The notes under the pieces: model-generated
Seen by the model: only the letters and a program-made list of their open reading frames with translations
Databases searched by the model: none
What the model was told of the DNA's origin: nothing
NCBI GenBank assembly: GCA_036172245.1
Contig: JAYWIR010000008.1
Location: 2,480,001-2,544,000 of the forward strand
DNA length: 64,000 nt
From: Raillietiella orientalis
Lineage: Eukaryota
Direction of reading: 5' to 3'
Shown: positions 1 through 13,245 of the stretch, piece by piece
Position numbering within the stretch: the first letter of the stretch is position 1
Layout of the letters: each line of letters opens with the position of its first letter
Position numbers and translations under genes: made by a program

Positions 1-3000
1 TCTATCTGCTCCAAAGTTCGGGCTTCCCCAGTTGACTGCAAACCGATAACTACACATTTACCACATTTTACAGCATCTCTGAAAATTCATGCATTAAAGG
101 GCATTTACAATTCCTGGAACCATACGTGGCCAATTTTACAGCATGACGCACTTTTGCTGCAATGCAAAGATATTTGAAGAACCTTTGATGTGCTGACCAA
201 AACTGTCCCCACATTGTTTTGCGCATTTTTTGTTCAGCATCCAGAAGTTCAGCTGCTTGTTGAAAAATATCCCGCGCTTCTACCCACTGTATTCACTAAA
301 TGAATGCAATCCCAAGGGCTGCTAAACTTACCAGCTTCACTGAACGATCGTACATCTCAATGAATTGTGCTGTTAATGGCACTTCCTCAACTTTAAATGT
401 AACCCCTTGGAAACTAAGCTGGCGAGCAATATAGGAACCACGCAACTTGACATCCATTGCTAGAATCTCCATAGCACCAACTCCTCTACACCTGCTTTCC
501 ACAATTCTGCTCTTTTATAAAGTTCGCTTACCTTTTTTCCACAGCAGATATGAAATCATTAAACTCTTTGTACGGAGTTCCTGGTCCCCAAATTCCTAGT
601 CGAACCATGTATGCCATGTTACGAGGTTCTGATGCTCCTGTAGCAGATGCATACACTACCCTTGCTTTAGGTAGCTTATTTTGGAGCTCAACTACAGTCT
701 GACCAGTTTTTGTAGACTTGCCTGATCCCACAGGACATAAATTTTTTGCTCTGTGGCATTCATCAAAGATAAGCTGATTGTTAAGGATAGAATGCTATTC
801 CTATTTCTCAGTAGCAAGCAAATACGAAAAGGATACCAATCCACTATAGTCGCTACCACACCATTCCAACAACTGCTTTAAGCGAGTGTTAAATCTGCCA
901 TTACCCTGTGATTCACCTATGAGTGATGAATAAGTGGAATAGATAACTCCTTTGTGAATGTTCCCATTAGCAGGTGAATTGATTTTGGCATATTTTAGCT
1001 AAAATGCATTAAATGGCACAAGTTTCATGGTTCTTACCTTGTTTAAAGCATGAACATCAATTTTGTGTGCACCTATGTCCCGGAGATCTCTCTCAGAGTC
1101 ATATTTCAGATCATTCGATACGGAAATCCACACTGCTTTTTTCCGGTTTTGGATCCAATTTTCCAAAATAACGCCTGCTAGAGTTCTTCCTTTCCCAACT
1201 CCAGCACCATCACCTATTCAAGAAATGAACATTCACAATAATCTTGGACACAAAACAAACCTATTAAAAAACCAGCACGCATTCCATTAGGGAGCATTTG
1301 TTCATGTTGCTGACATGCGTACACAATAGCTTCTAGCTGCAAAGCAGACAATTTTCCACTCCTCATGATTTCAGACTCTAAATGCAGTTGATATGCGATA
1401 TCTGGTGATTCAACACTAGCTAAAGATGCAGTTTCAACAACAGAATCAGGATGTCTTCTGCCAATTTTCACTATTTAAAAGAAGCCGAAAGATGCATGTA
1501 GGGTACAAAATTTCAACTTACATTTACTAGGCATATAGTCGGCATATGTCTCAGCATGTCCTAATTCATCATCCTCATCATCTTCTGCAGCCATATTTTC
1601 AGCCATAGGAAGTTGTGACTAAGGTAAAATCAAATGCATATCATGATGATGATTAATTGAAACAATTGAATACGTACTTAAATCATAACGCCATTTAGAA
1701 AAGAAAAAAACAAAAACAAAAACAAAACAGCGTTATCTATCTCTATAGTAATAATAATACATACAGTCCAATTTACAGCAATAGCTAAACATGCCACAGT
1801 CAATGTTTTGATTCGATAATTTTCACATGTATACAAGCTGGAGTAATTTTACTGTGTTACAGAAGAGAAAATTCGAATATTTTTGTGAATGTAATGCGTA
1901 AAATATTATAATTATAAAAAACGTAATTGTTTCTTTTCATGGTTTGAAATTCTCCTCTCTTTTTTTTTCTCATAATTTTTCTTTCCCACTCAACATGGTT
2001 TGCTTCATTTTGAAGCAGAATTAGTGATTTATAAAATAAAACTATCCAAATGAACACCCAATCCTATTTTAAAAGATCAGAGAATTCTGAGACCTAAAAA
2101 CGGGTATTGAGTATCAGTTTTCTAATGAATAATCAAGTTTCCTGATTAGAATTCACCTATAAGAAATATAAGGTACATTCCCATTTACCTCTTGATCATT
2201 ATCAAGATTCATCCCTTTTTAAGGACAAAAATTGGTATTCACCGAATTTTCTTACAAACACTGATGGTACTATTATTCACGTTAATGAACAGATCTAATC
2301 ATACCCTCAGAAAGTAAGCTTAACTTTATGGAAACCCTGTTCAATAATCTGGTGGCATGGCCGCAGCTTTGTAACACTCAGCTGAAATGAATAATGGCTA
2401 CAAATAGTTTAGCCAAAAGGTTCCAAGAACAAAATAAAATCGAAAGATGAAAAGTCAAAAATCGACTAGTTTGCTTACACAATTAAGGTACGGATGATAC
2501 AATGACGTGAACAAATTATTAAATATAGATATTCTAAAAACAATGGTAACATGAACAACTTGAAAAAGAAATCTCAAATGACGGTTTAGGAATCTAAAGT
2601 AAATAAAATCTAAAAAACCAATCTATTTCACTCAATTCAAACTACCTTTGGATAAGTAAAATGTTCGCGAATTACATTTTTCACATTCTTGAGTACTATT
2701 GTGAGTCCCTACTGACCTCCACGAATACAATCTAAACTTTATCTCTGGGACTTGTTCTTTAAATTATCTGTTGCTTAATTAACTCTTCCAAAATTAGTTC
2801 TTAAATAAATTCTGACTGCAATTCATACTAGATAATATCTATAAGAGTTCGCACAATGGTCCTTCAATGCTCATCTTTGTTAATTACATGTCTAATAAAC
2901 AAACTTCACTGCTGATAAATCCACTTCGGTACATCTACTTGCATTTGATTCACTATTTTTTTATTACGAATACAACAATCTCAATATATATACATTTTCG

Positions 3001-6000
3001 CATTATTCAAGCATTTACTCCGATTAAACTTTTACGTCCATATATGTTCTAATCTCAAATAATTATCAATTTACAATACTGATAGCCTGTTTAAGAGCCT
3101 CCAGAGCTCCATTCTTCATTCTTTGCAATTTTCAATGAATTTTCCAATATTACACTCTCTTATTCTTATTCTTCTTTTTAGTATGCTTTAGAAATGACCT
3201 TTCATTTCAAAACGAGCACAAAAAATACTTTGCAAAGAATCACTCATTGCTAAAACAATAATTGAGCTTTGCAACTAAACTTATTTTCTTTATGTTGAGC
3301 ATATAAACATCTCCAGAACGATGTAATCTTTTCTAATGCACTTCAATTCAACTTTAATTTGTCTAAGGAATTACACATCAAGGCAACTACACAGAAACAT
3401 AAAAATGAATGCCAAAGCAATTTTATTTGAAAAATACCCAGTACAGTTGCTAAGGACAATTCTATAACAATGATCAGGCACTGAAGCACAAAAGATGACA
3501 TATAACCAAGTAGTTGGTATTCAATATGCTGTAAGACAGTAACAGCATTATTACTTATTAGTATCCTTAAAGTATTACTGTTTGAGGTATATTGGTTATA
3601 CAATGAATAACACATGCAATCATTGTTGAGTATCAGAGTTATTACATATGTAGATAAATTCAGTTGTTACATCAGAAGCACTGAACGTTTGCAGGTCTGA
3701 ATAAAAAAATTATTATTCTTTATCTACTATATATGCATATCCAGATACGAATATGTAATTGTGTGATTATAAATTGTTACTTACTAATAATTGTTCGTTC
3801 ATCCACATATTTGGCAAATTGGATGCATTTGATGCAAAACTGGAGTATGCAGGATGCACGCCTGAAAATCCCATCATATTAGACAGCATTGATTGTTGCC
3901 CCATGTGAGGATAAAAACCATTTGGGAAATTTCCCATCATAGGAAGCTGACCTATCAATACATTGACTAGATTAATATACAAGCTATTTTAAAAATCGTA
4001 CTTTGTGAAAGATGTGACATCAGTGGTGATGGATATGGAAAAGATGGCAATGTGTTTCCACTTGCAGGGAAATTGTTTGTCTGGTAGTTGTTTACATTAA
4101 TAACTTGATATCCTGGCTGAGAACTGCTCTTCATAACAAGTCCAGTAGCCAATAGTTTAGCCCCCACATTAGTTACTTTTGCTGAGCCACTTGCATTGCA
4201 TTTCTGATCTCCATTTTGTTTGATTGATACGTTATTTTCCATACTAATTTCCTTTGCATTCTCTGGAAAATTTTGAACAATTGGTACAAATATTACACAG
4301 ATGGCACAATCTGCAATTTCTTTTTTTCAATGATTCTGACAATATTTACATCTGTTTGATATAATTTCATTTTTAACAAAAGCAGATTAAAAACAGGATA
4401 TTTTCCTCAAAAATAAATAATTAAGGGAAACTTTTTCATTAGGCCATTTTAAATTTAAAAAACTTATTTGAAAACTTTTCCCATGAAAGAATTTAGTGGC
4501 TATTTTATTCAGTGAGAAACGTCTTGTTTTTTATTATTTTTTCAAGTGAGTTTTATCTGAGGTTTATTCATTCACGGTTATCTGCAATTTCGAAATATGG
4601 AATGAACATTTACTGCATAAACTTGAGTATTGATACCTTAAAATAGCTTTAACATTTGAACAGGGCAGATTAGGTATGTAAGTTATAAAATACATTTCCA
4701 TTTGAAAATATGCCAAACCCAAAAATAATAAATAAAACGATACGCAATAAACCAAAAAATTATAAATAGATGATACCACTGTCTTTATTAAATTCACATT
4801 TATTTCGTTACCTGGTTTTCATGGTGTAGTTTGGTTGCTCCATAGAATTTTCGAAACTTAAATGGCGTAATTGCTCATAAGTAACATGATTTTATCGACT
4901 GTTTATACAGAAAAAACAATACATACAATCTTTTTCGTGTTTTTTGAAATAATAACTTAATGAAAACAACTGATTTACAAGAAAAAAAATTTGAAATGGA
5001 AAATTCTAACCTTTTCAGCACATTGTAATAAGAACAGGGTTAGACAAAAGCAATGCTTTATTTTGAACTCAACTTATTAATAATGCATTTCGATTTCAAA
5101 TCATATGATTCAGAAACTATTATTCACTAACCAACATAAAATTACGGCATATCTTTGGTCTAGCTTTGTTACTCAGCTGTTAATATTGAAATGTCATTAA
5201 ATCAATATTTCAAGCTAAGACTCCCAAAGCTGTAGCTTTTAAATGAAGATAAATAAGGATATGACTAGTTGTTTTAAACTAATCCATACCAAATTTTACC
5301 CAAATAACACTGATAATCAATCATCAAAAATACAGTGCATGTACAGTCATTAGCCAAAACCAGCCATTATTGTTTAAACTGTATTAATGCAGAATGAGCA
5401 ATAGTATCAATAACTATTACTATAGTATCAATAACAACACATTACAGTGTTGATGTTGCATATGAGGATAACAGTGGAGGAACATCAGATAATTACCCTT
5501 ATTTTATAATGATTTAAGTATTACTCATTGCATCAATCATTATAACATAACAAGAGAATCATATCACTACACTGAAATTTCTTGATATATAAACATATAA
5601 AAATATTGTCAATAAACAGATATTTATTAAAGAATAATCAAAGTTCAAATTTTTTGAAGATTAAGTGCACATCTTGGAATTCTACCAATCCATCTATAAC
5701 TTACAAATGCAAGTGTAGACGGATATTTCATTATTTCATTAACATGCTATGAATCACCTTGATTGCTTCTGCAAATCGAATCACTCTTCATTCTTTGAAA
5801 TGATTATTCTCAACTTGACAATTCAACAAATCCCCATGGCCAGTTTATGCACATAAAACCATACTACATGTTTTCTTTCTCAATTGGCAGCATAAGGCAT
5901 CCCAGATCCAACATATACTTGCATTTGATACGTTTATTCCACACAATAAATTTTTTGAGACAAAGTTTAAAACTAAGTGCATCACACTAACTTGAACTTC

Positions 6001-7432
6001 GTCTTCCACCAATTACTTCCTTCCTTTGTTTGACAACAAACCCTAATTCTTTGATATGATATGGCTATCACATTTCTTTAGATATTCTGTAAACTTTAAT
6101 GAACAGACTAAAGGAAATACATAAGCCAAACCTTGACATTCATTAATTTTTATAAAAATGGAAACGGAAATTAACATGTTTATGCTCGGTTTTGTACAGA
6201 ATTTTCGAGTAACTAATATCAAACAACATATTTATTACAAAACATATATTGCTGTGTAATGAATGGTTCAATTAATTTTTGATATGATTTGATATGCAAC
6301 TATTACATACTCCAAAATATTCCTTACTAATTATTCATACGATGCACTAGTCACTTACAACTATTCTTGGCTTTTCTCCCATCATTGGAATAATTAACTA
6401 TTATTCATTGGAATAATTAATCTATTACTTCATTTAAGTTATGACCAGAGATCATGTAGCTATCTTTCATTTATGATGCAATATCATTTTTTCACACAAA
6501 TTTCTTGTTTTGTTACTTCTAATTTGCAACAGTTCCAAATCAACTGTTGATATAAGCTGAATTCATCAAACTCAAATGCCTCAAATTTGAAATTTCAAAA
6601 TTGATACAACAAAGCTGTAATGAAATTTGTGATTTGCCTTTTTTTAATACCGAAAATTTACATTTAGGGTTCATCAGAAATTGAATACTAATCTAATTTC
6701 TACATTCAAATTCATCATGTAAGCATTTTGAAGGCTTCAAAGTCAAAACCATTAGCATTAAACACCAATTTGTGATACCAAAAACCTTCTCATTTTCATT
6801 CTTTTTCTCTCTCGCCTTTAATCTTTAAACTGCATTTAGCAACATTTCTATTTAACTTAATTAACCTATTATTAATCCAAAACAAAGCAGATACTGATTT
6901 TTATCTATGACCAAAAACATTCAAGTACTCATTCTGAATTTGTTAAGTGCTTACACAATGTGAGCAGACTATTTTCCAGATGTGCAAAATCTAATTACTG
7001 CTCAAATTTTTTGGATTTCCATCACAAACATCAAGAAATGCATCTGTTTTCACTCGTTTATTTAATCTCCAGCACAATCATTTATTTTTATAGTACTCCA
7101 TGAAATTACATGCAATTGGGTAGAATTAGAACCAATAACATTTCTTTCTCAATTTCATTGTGCTATTTCATTTCTTTTACATATGGATCTTACAGGCATT
7201 TCATTAGATTCACTTGTAATATCATTGAGTGATTTATTTTCATTCATAATTCACAAGAACATTTCAAATCAAAACTGATAAACTCACTTTTTTGGGAAAC
7301 TGCAGATCTAGTTAAGGCTTGAACACTTTTCCCACCACCTGGCACCATTGTCTCATCTGGGTCATAATCACTTCCAGATGAATCAACATCAGAATCATCA
7401 GTATCAAATTTTGAAGCTTTTTTCATCGATGA
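1..7432 (-). CDS. sno: Protein strawberry notch homolog (SBNO1/sno/let-765), multi-exon, 3' part runs off the window; the first exon may lie further right
   Basis: Exons encode SBNO motifs: [17 protein letters not shown] (1618-1522), [31 protein letters not shown] (1470-1261), [67 protein letters not shown] and [18 protein letters not shown]. An N-terminal exon at 7432-7288 ([13 protein letters not shown]) resembles arthropod Sno. Introns are GT-AG, many about 40-60 nt. Confidence 0.95.
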
Positions 7433-10400
7433 CTTCAAAAACAAAAAATAACAAAATCAGTGGCAAATTTTGCATAAAGTCTTGTACAAGCAATTCTATT
7501 TCAATCCTTAAGATATCATGGATTACAATAATGAAACAAGATAAAAACAATTAACCCCACAATATGCAAATGCCAAAATACTAACAGAAAAGAGTATTTA
7601 AATTCACATTAATAAATCCATAAATAAACACCTACTTTCTGCTTCACCTTCATGATAAAATGGTGATCCTTATTACAACCTTCAACTTAGATCTTCATAA
7701 TTGACAACTCTGAAACTCTGGAAGATTTGAATTCTGTTTTTAAACTGCGTTATATTGTTAAAATCAGCCTAATTGAGAATATAATTATCACAAACTTTCA
7801 GAAACCATGTCACACTCATGAATAATCTAAATATGTATATCAATGCATTCATCTATTTTAAAATGATAAACTAAAACAATTATCAAATTACAAGCGATCA
7901 CCCCCCTCAGAAACCCCACCAACATCACGTTTCGTTAGAGCCATGTCCGAATATATCAAAATCTGTACAAGCAATGTACATCTTTGATTATCCTGAGGTT
8001 AACTTTATCATTAACTTTATTAACAAATAAATGAAAACTTGCACAACCTGATATCACTGAAGTTAAATGCATTTGAATCAGTGTTAGATGAAATAATGTT
8101 GCATCACAAACTGAATTAGTATACATTTCAAAAAACAGTGATGTTATAAAAACATTCATCTTAATTAAGCTAAGAATATGCACAATAACTGGACTTATTG
8201 CACAGTCAACGTTTGTATTTGGAATTTACATTTTAAAATAATTGAAAACGTATCTAAAATTCTCCATAATTTGAGTCAATTTCCTTTTCTTTTAAATACT
8301 GATCTCTCAAATCATAAACACATACACCAGCTTCTGATGTTTCATTTTTGCCACTGGGTACATTGTCAACACACTGCTTAAATAAAATTCACAAAGCTTT
8401 TGAAGGCAGAGGTATAAATTTTACAACAAGCGCATACACAATCATAATTATTGCAAGATGCCATGAATAAACTCGTGTTCAACAAAAAAACATTGGCTAC
8501 AATTATCCTGAAAGATGAATCAAAAACATCCATTCGCTCAACTTTCTGCATATCAGTTTTGAAAACTTATGCAAATAACGGAAACAAATTTTTCCTCCTT
8601 AATTAGCAAAACCTTAATAAGCAAACTATACTCAAAAGTCATTCCTCTCCTGTTCTGATGTTTCCACACACAAGTTTTGTTCTGTGTCTGGGCGAACTGC
8701 TATCGATCAACTTATTTACAATTGAGATCACCATTTTTTTAAAACATGCACATCAACTTTAGCTACGAAACCAAGCATTATGTCTAACGGATGCATGCTA
8801 GAATTTAAAAATGCCATTCCATTACCAGTCGGAGTACTTCAAACATGCTAATAATGTGATTGCATTAATCAGGTTGAACGGAGCAAGTGCAAGCTGCAAA
8901 CAATACATGCAACGAATTGAATTCCTTCTCAAGAGGAGCATGCATTGCATTGAACTGACTCATTTTGCAAGGAACTTGTGTCGGACCGTGAGAATCTCTA
9001 CTTTTTTCCCTTTTCTCTCTCTTTTTTTTTTTTTTTCTTTTTTTTTGTGTGCCTTTTAAGATCTGGTCCTCCCGTGGTGTTTCCCCTGTTATTTCAGTTT
9101 TTCGATTTCGGCATTTGCCGCCTGGCCATTATTATCTTTGTCGAAACATTCGTGTGCTCCTTCGCGATCGGAGTTGGAATGCAATTTCTATTGAACTGAC
9201 ATTTCTTCCTTCTACTCACAATTAATACTCGCGAAAGTTGGGGGGGGGAGGGGGGGGAACATGTTTTTGATAGGGAACATTACATCACAGGGCACACTGT
9301 TGGTAGCAGGAAGCAATCTATGAACTTTATTGGAAAACCGCCAGCAGTACTTGTTAGCTTTGGTTAGCTGGTTATTTTTTTTTTTTTCTCTTTATGGCAA
9401 CCGTTCTTATTCTCTCATATTCCACGTTCTTATGCTGACAGCTTGGATTTTTCCATTCTGATTCTTCTTTTTTTTTTCTATGAAAACCCACCCTGTGTAC
9501 CAGCAATTATGTGGCGTTTCCTTGGATTTTTTTCGTATTCACAATGTAAAGCACGATTCAAATTTAAAAATCAACATCCAATCAAACGATCACATCTCCA
9601 AAGAAATAAATAGCATCGTGTTAAGGATGCTGCGATCTCCTTTTCAAAATACGAATTCTGTTTTCAAGAAATCCATGTCAAGTCATCGCATGCTTCAGGC
9701 TCAATTAAGGTCAATCAATTCCAATTCAAATACAGGTTTATTCAAATATTCGCTTATGAGATCTCAGATGCGAGATTCATGTGCAACTGTATCAAAAAGA
9801 CATTTAAGAATATATAAATATGCGTCAAAGTACCAAAGCATATCTGTGAACTCTTAAAGGTATAGTGTGTAAAGATGCCCAGTATTGTATGTCCAGTATT
9901 GTCAATTTTCCAAGATGGAATCTCGAATTCTGATTTAATACGTGGATATGAGATTCTGATTCAATTTCCAAGTTCATGCTAACTTAATATCTAAAAACAT
10001 GTTTACAGATACCAGTAGCGATCTGGGTTATGCATTGCTTTTGAGCTGAACGGTTCAAGATTGTGGAACCAGTATTCTGAAAAGATAAATTTTGAAATCA
10101 GTGTTCACGCTACATACATTTATAGGAGACTGTAAAAAGGACACTTAGTTTGGACTAAGAAGCATTTATTACCCTGAGAGTAATTTCAGAATTTCTATGA
10201 CTGAATGTCTACACTTCCAACTACTGAGTATTCTTCTTTTTCTAGCTGCTCTATGTAATGGGTACGTGTGCTTTGGATAATTGGTGTATATGTGTTTGTC
10301 ATACACAAAAAATTATTGAGTCTGAATTTGCATTTTTTAAATGCTTATAATACAGGTCTCTTCTGAAGAGGATAGTAGCCATATGTTTAAAACAATTTTT

Positions 10401-12020
10401 TTATTTTGTGTAGTTCGTTCAATCATATGGAGACTTTATTGGTCTTTTCCCACACAAATAGTTTTGCATATCTAAATCCTCACGAGCTCTCGCAGTTGCA
10501 TTCACAACTGTGCAGATCTCGTATTCAGTTAAGCAGCAGTGAACATGTTCTTGTATAATCATGGATCAGTTATTGAGATTATTGATTAAAAGAAAGTTTT
10601 CAATCAGTTTTTATTCATCGAGTATATTTGCTTGTTATCTTTCCCAAATTAATTCTATGTTCCTTATCTTTCAAGAGAGGAGGAAGATGAAGATCCTCCT
10701 CTCTTCGCAAGCTATTCAGCTATGCATGATTAAGGTCTTTTAATCATTTAATTATCGACCACCATGTAAATAATAAACCTTATGCTGGAAGTATTAGGTT
10801 TTCGTTCATTAACAGAAGCATTCAATAGTAAATATTAAATGGAGTAATTTTTCTTAACCACATCTAATTATCATAGTACGTTTTCGAATCAAATCAAAAA
10901 TAATGATCCACTGATAACAACAAAGAATAAGCGATCTTTAAAACGTTCATAAGTTGAGTTTAGCAGGTGAAGGTTGGATTTTAGAACCCTGCAAACTGGG
11001 AGATGCACTGAATTCAATGGAGACTACTATATAGGAACCATTACAGAAAATAAGCACATTGAGAACAAAGCAATTTAACAAATGCATAGGAAAATAATCA
11101 GCGCAATTGTCATTTACGTTCAGCTTTTATTTATGAATAATGGATTTTCTAGATTGCCCTATTGTTTTTACCATCATTATCATTAGTATTTATAATGAAT
11201 GATCAAAATTGACGCGTTCAGTCGAAATCTGTAAATTTGTTCTCTATTCATTCCTTGAACTGTATTTATATACAAACTCTTCTTAAGTACTAAAACAAAC
11301 TCAACTATCCGAATAGAACTAATAACTCATTACAATGAAATGAAATCATATTTCTAAAATGCCATTTTATTGAAAGCAGTTTAATACAAGGGAGGATAAA
11401 AGTAGGAAAGCTAAGAACTTTTGCACTTTATACTTAGGTCATTTGCTTATTAAAGAGAAACAATTTTCTGTATTCTAGTCGAACGTCTGGCATCTTAAAT
11501 TTTCAATGCATTGTTTAAATTCAAATTTTTTCCAGCATATTACTGCATTTTTCAAGATATCTGATTTGTGTTATTTTTCTCATGAACAAATAATTCAATA
11601 GACTACTGAATCATTATTCCTATGATATAGTTATCGAAAATCCCTGATCCTGGAGGAATGCATTCATTAGAAAAAACTAGACCACAGTTGACCTAAAAAT
11701 ATAAACAAATCATTGGTTTAATTGGAACTTAATATTCAACAGTCTCAATAATAAGTATTAACTAATGTACCAATTTTCTTCGGAAAGCTGTAAAACATGA
11801 AACATACGGAGTTTTTACACAAAATTATTGCTCATATAAGTGAGTCTTATAAATGAGGAAAAATTATTTTTCGTAATTTTAAACCGAATATTGTGTTTTT
11901 AATATAGAAGACCTTTGATATGCTCAAGATTTTAGTGATGGAGAAACCTTACATGCCTAAGCGCTGCAGAATTTTATTTCCGTTTGGATATCGTGTGCTT
12001 GCGTAGTGTGCTGTGGTGTA

Positions 12021-13245
12021 ATGGCTCCAAGAAAGGTAATTTTAAGGTTGATTAACAAATATTAGAAAATTCATTTTTATTGTTTTGTCTGCATTTTCTC
12101 GGGATATCCGTATAATTAAGCGCTACTTTTGCAGAATTAGAAGTTGCCTTCTGTAACTGTTCATGCAAAAGTATTTCCCATGTGTTGGGGCTCCCGAGTT
12201 TTACTGTAAATACTGTAGGCATAAGTTTCTCTGTATTACCCGTAATTAATATACCAGTGATTTTTAATTGCTATATGTCTGTTGTAGTTACTAAAGAATA
12301 AGAAAGGGAAGAAAAAGATTGCCCCGGCCCCAATTGTTGCAACAAAAAAAGTTGAAAGAAAAAAAGTAGTGAATCCGTTATTTGAGAAAAGGCCTCGTAA
12401 TTTTGGCATAGGTACTTTATGGTATTTGTGTCATGTTCCAAGTCTTTATTCACATGGTTTATAGGACAATGCATTCAACCAAAAAGAGATTTGAGCAGGT
12501 TTGTGAAATGGCCCAAGTATGTGAGATTGCAAAGACAAAAGGCAGTTCTGCTTCAGCGCCTTAAAGTACCACCTCCTATCAATCAATTCAGACATACCTT
12601 GGATAGACAGACAGGTTATTCAAATTTAATTGCTTAAATTGTGGGATTTAAGTAAAATCACATATAATCAAATAATTTTTCCACACTTGATTAACAATTA
12701 ACAGATTAAATGTGTTTTCAGCGCTTCAGCTGTTCAGACTTTTGGATAAATATAGACCAGAAACAAAGCAAGCTAAACATGAACGCTTAAAAGGGATTGC
12801 TCTGGAGAAGACAGCTGGGAAAGTTAATGTTCACAAAAGACCTTTATCTGTCCGTCATGGAGTGAACATGGTTACGAAACTAGTGGAATCAAAGAAAGCA
12901 CAACTGGTTGTCATAGCGCATGATGTTGACCCTATTGAATTGGTCCTGTTTTTGCCTGCACTGTGTAAAAAAATGGGTGTAGCATATTGCATTGTGAAAA
13001 GCAAATCACGCTTAGGTCGTGTAGTACATCGTAAGACATGTACCAGTGTAGCACTTACACAAGTAAACCCTGAGGATCGATCTTCCTTTAACAAGCTGTT
13101 GGAAGCAATTCGAACAAACTTTAACAGTCGTTTTGATGAAATACGGAAACTCTGGGGAGGTGGACAACTGGGAGCCAAGTCTGCCGCTCGTATTGCAAAA
13201 TTAGAAAAAGCCAAAGCAAAAGAATTGGCACAGCGGGTTGCTTAA
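12021..13245 (+). CDS. rpl7a: 60S ribosomal protein L7a (eL8); exons 12021-12035, 12288-12411, 12465-12614, 12722-13245
   Basis: Spliced product [66 protein letters not shown]. All introns are GT-AG and phase-compatible; AATAAA at 13247. Confidence 0.98.
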
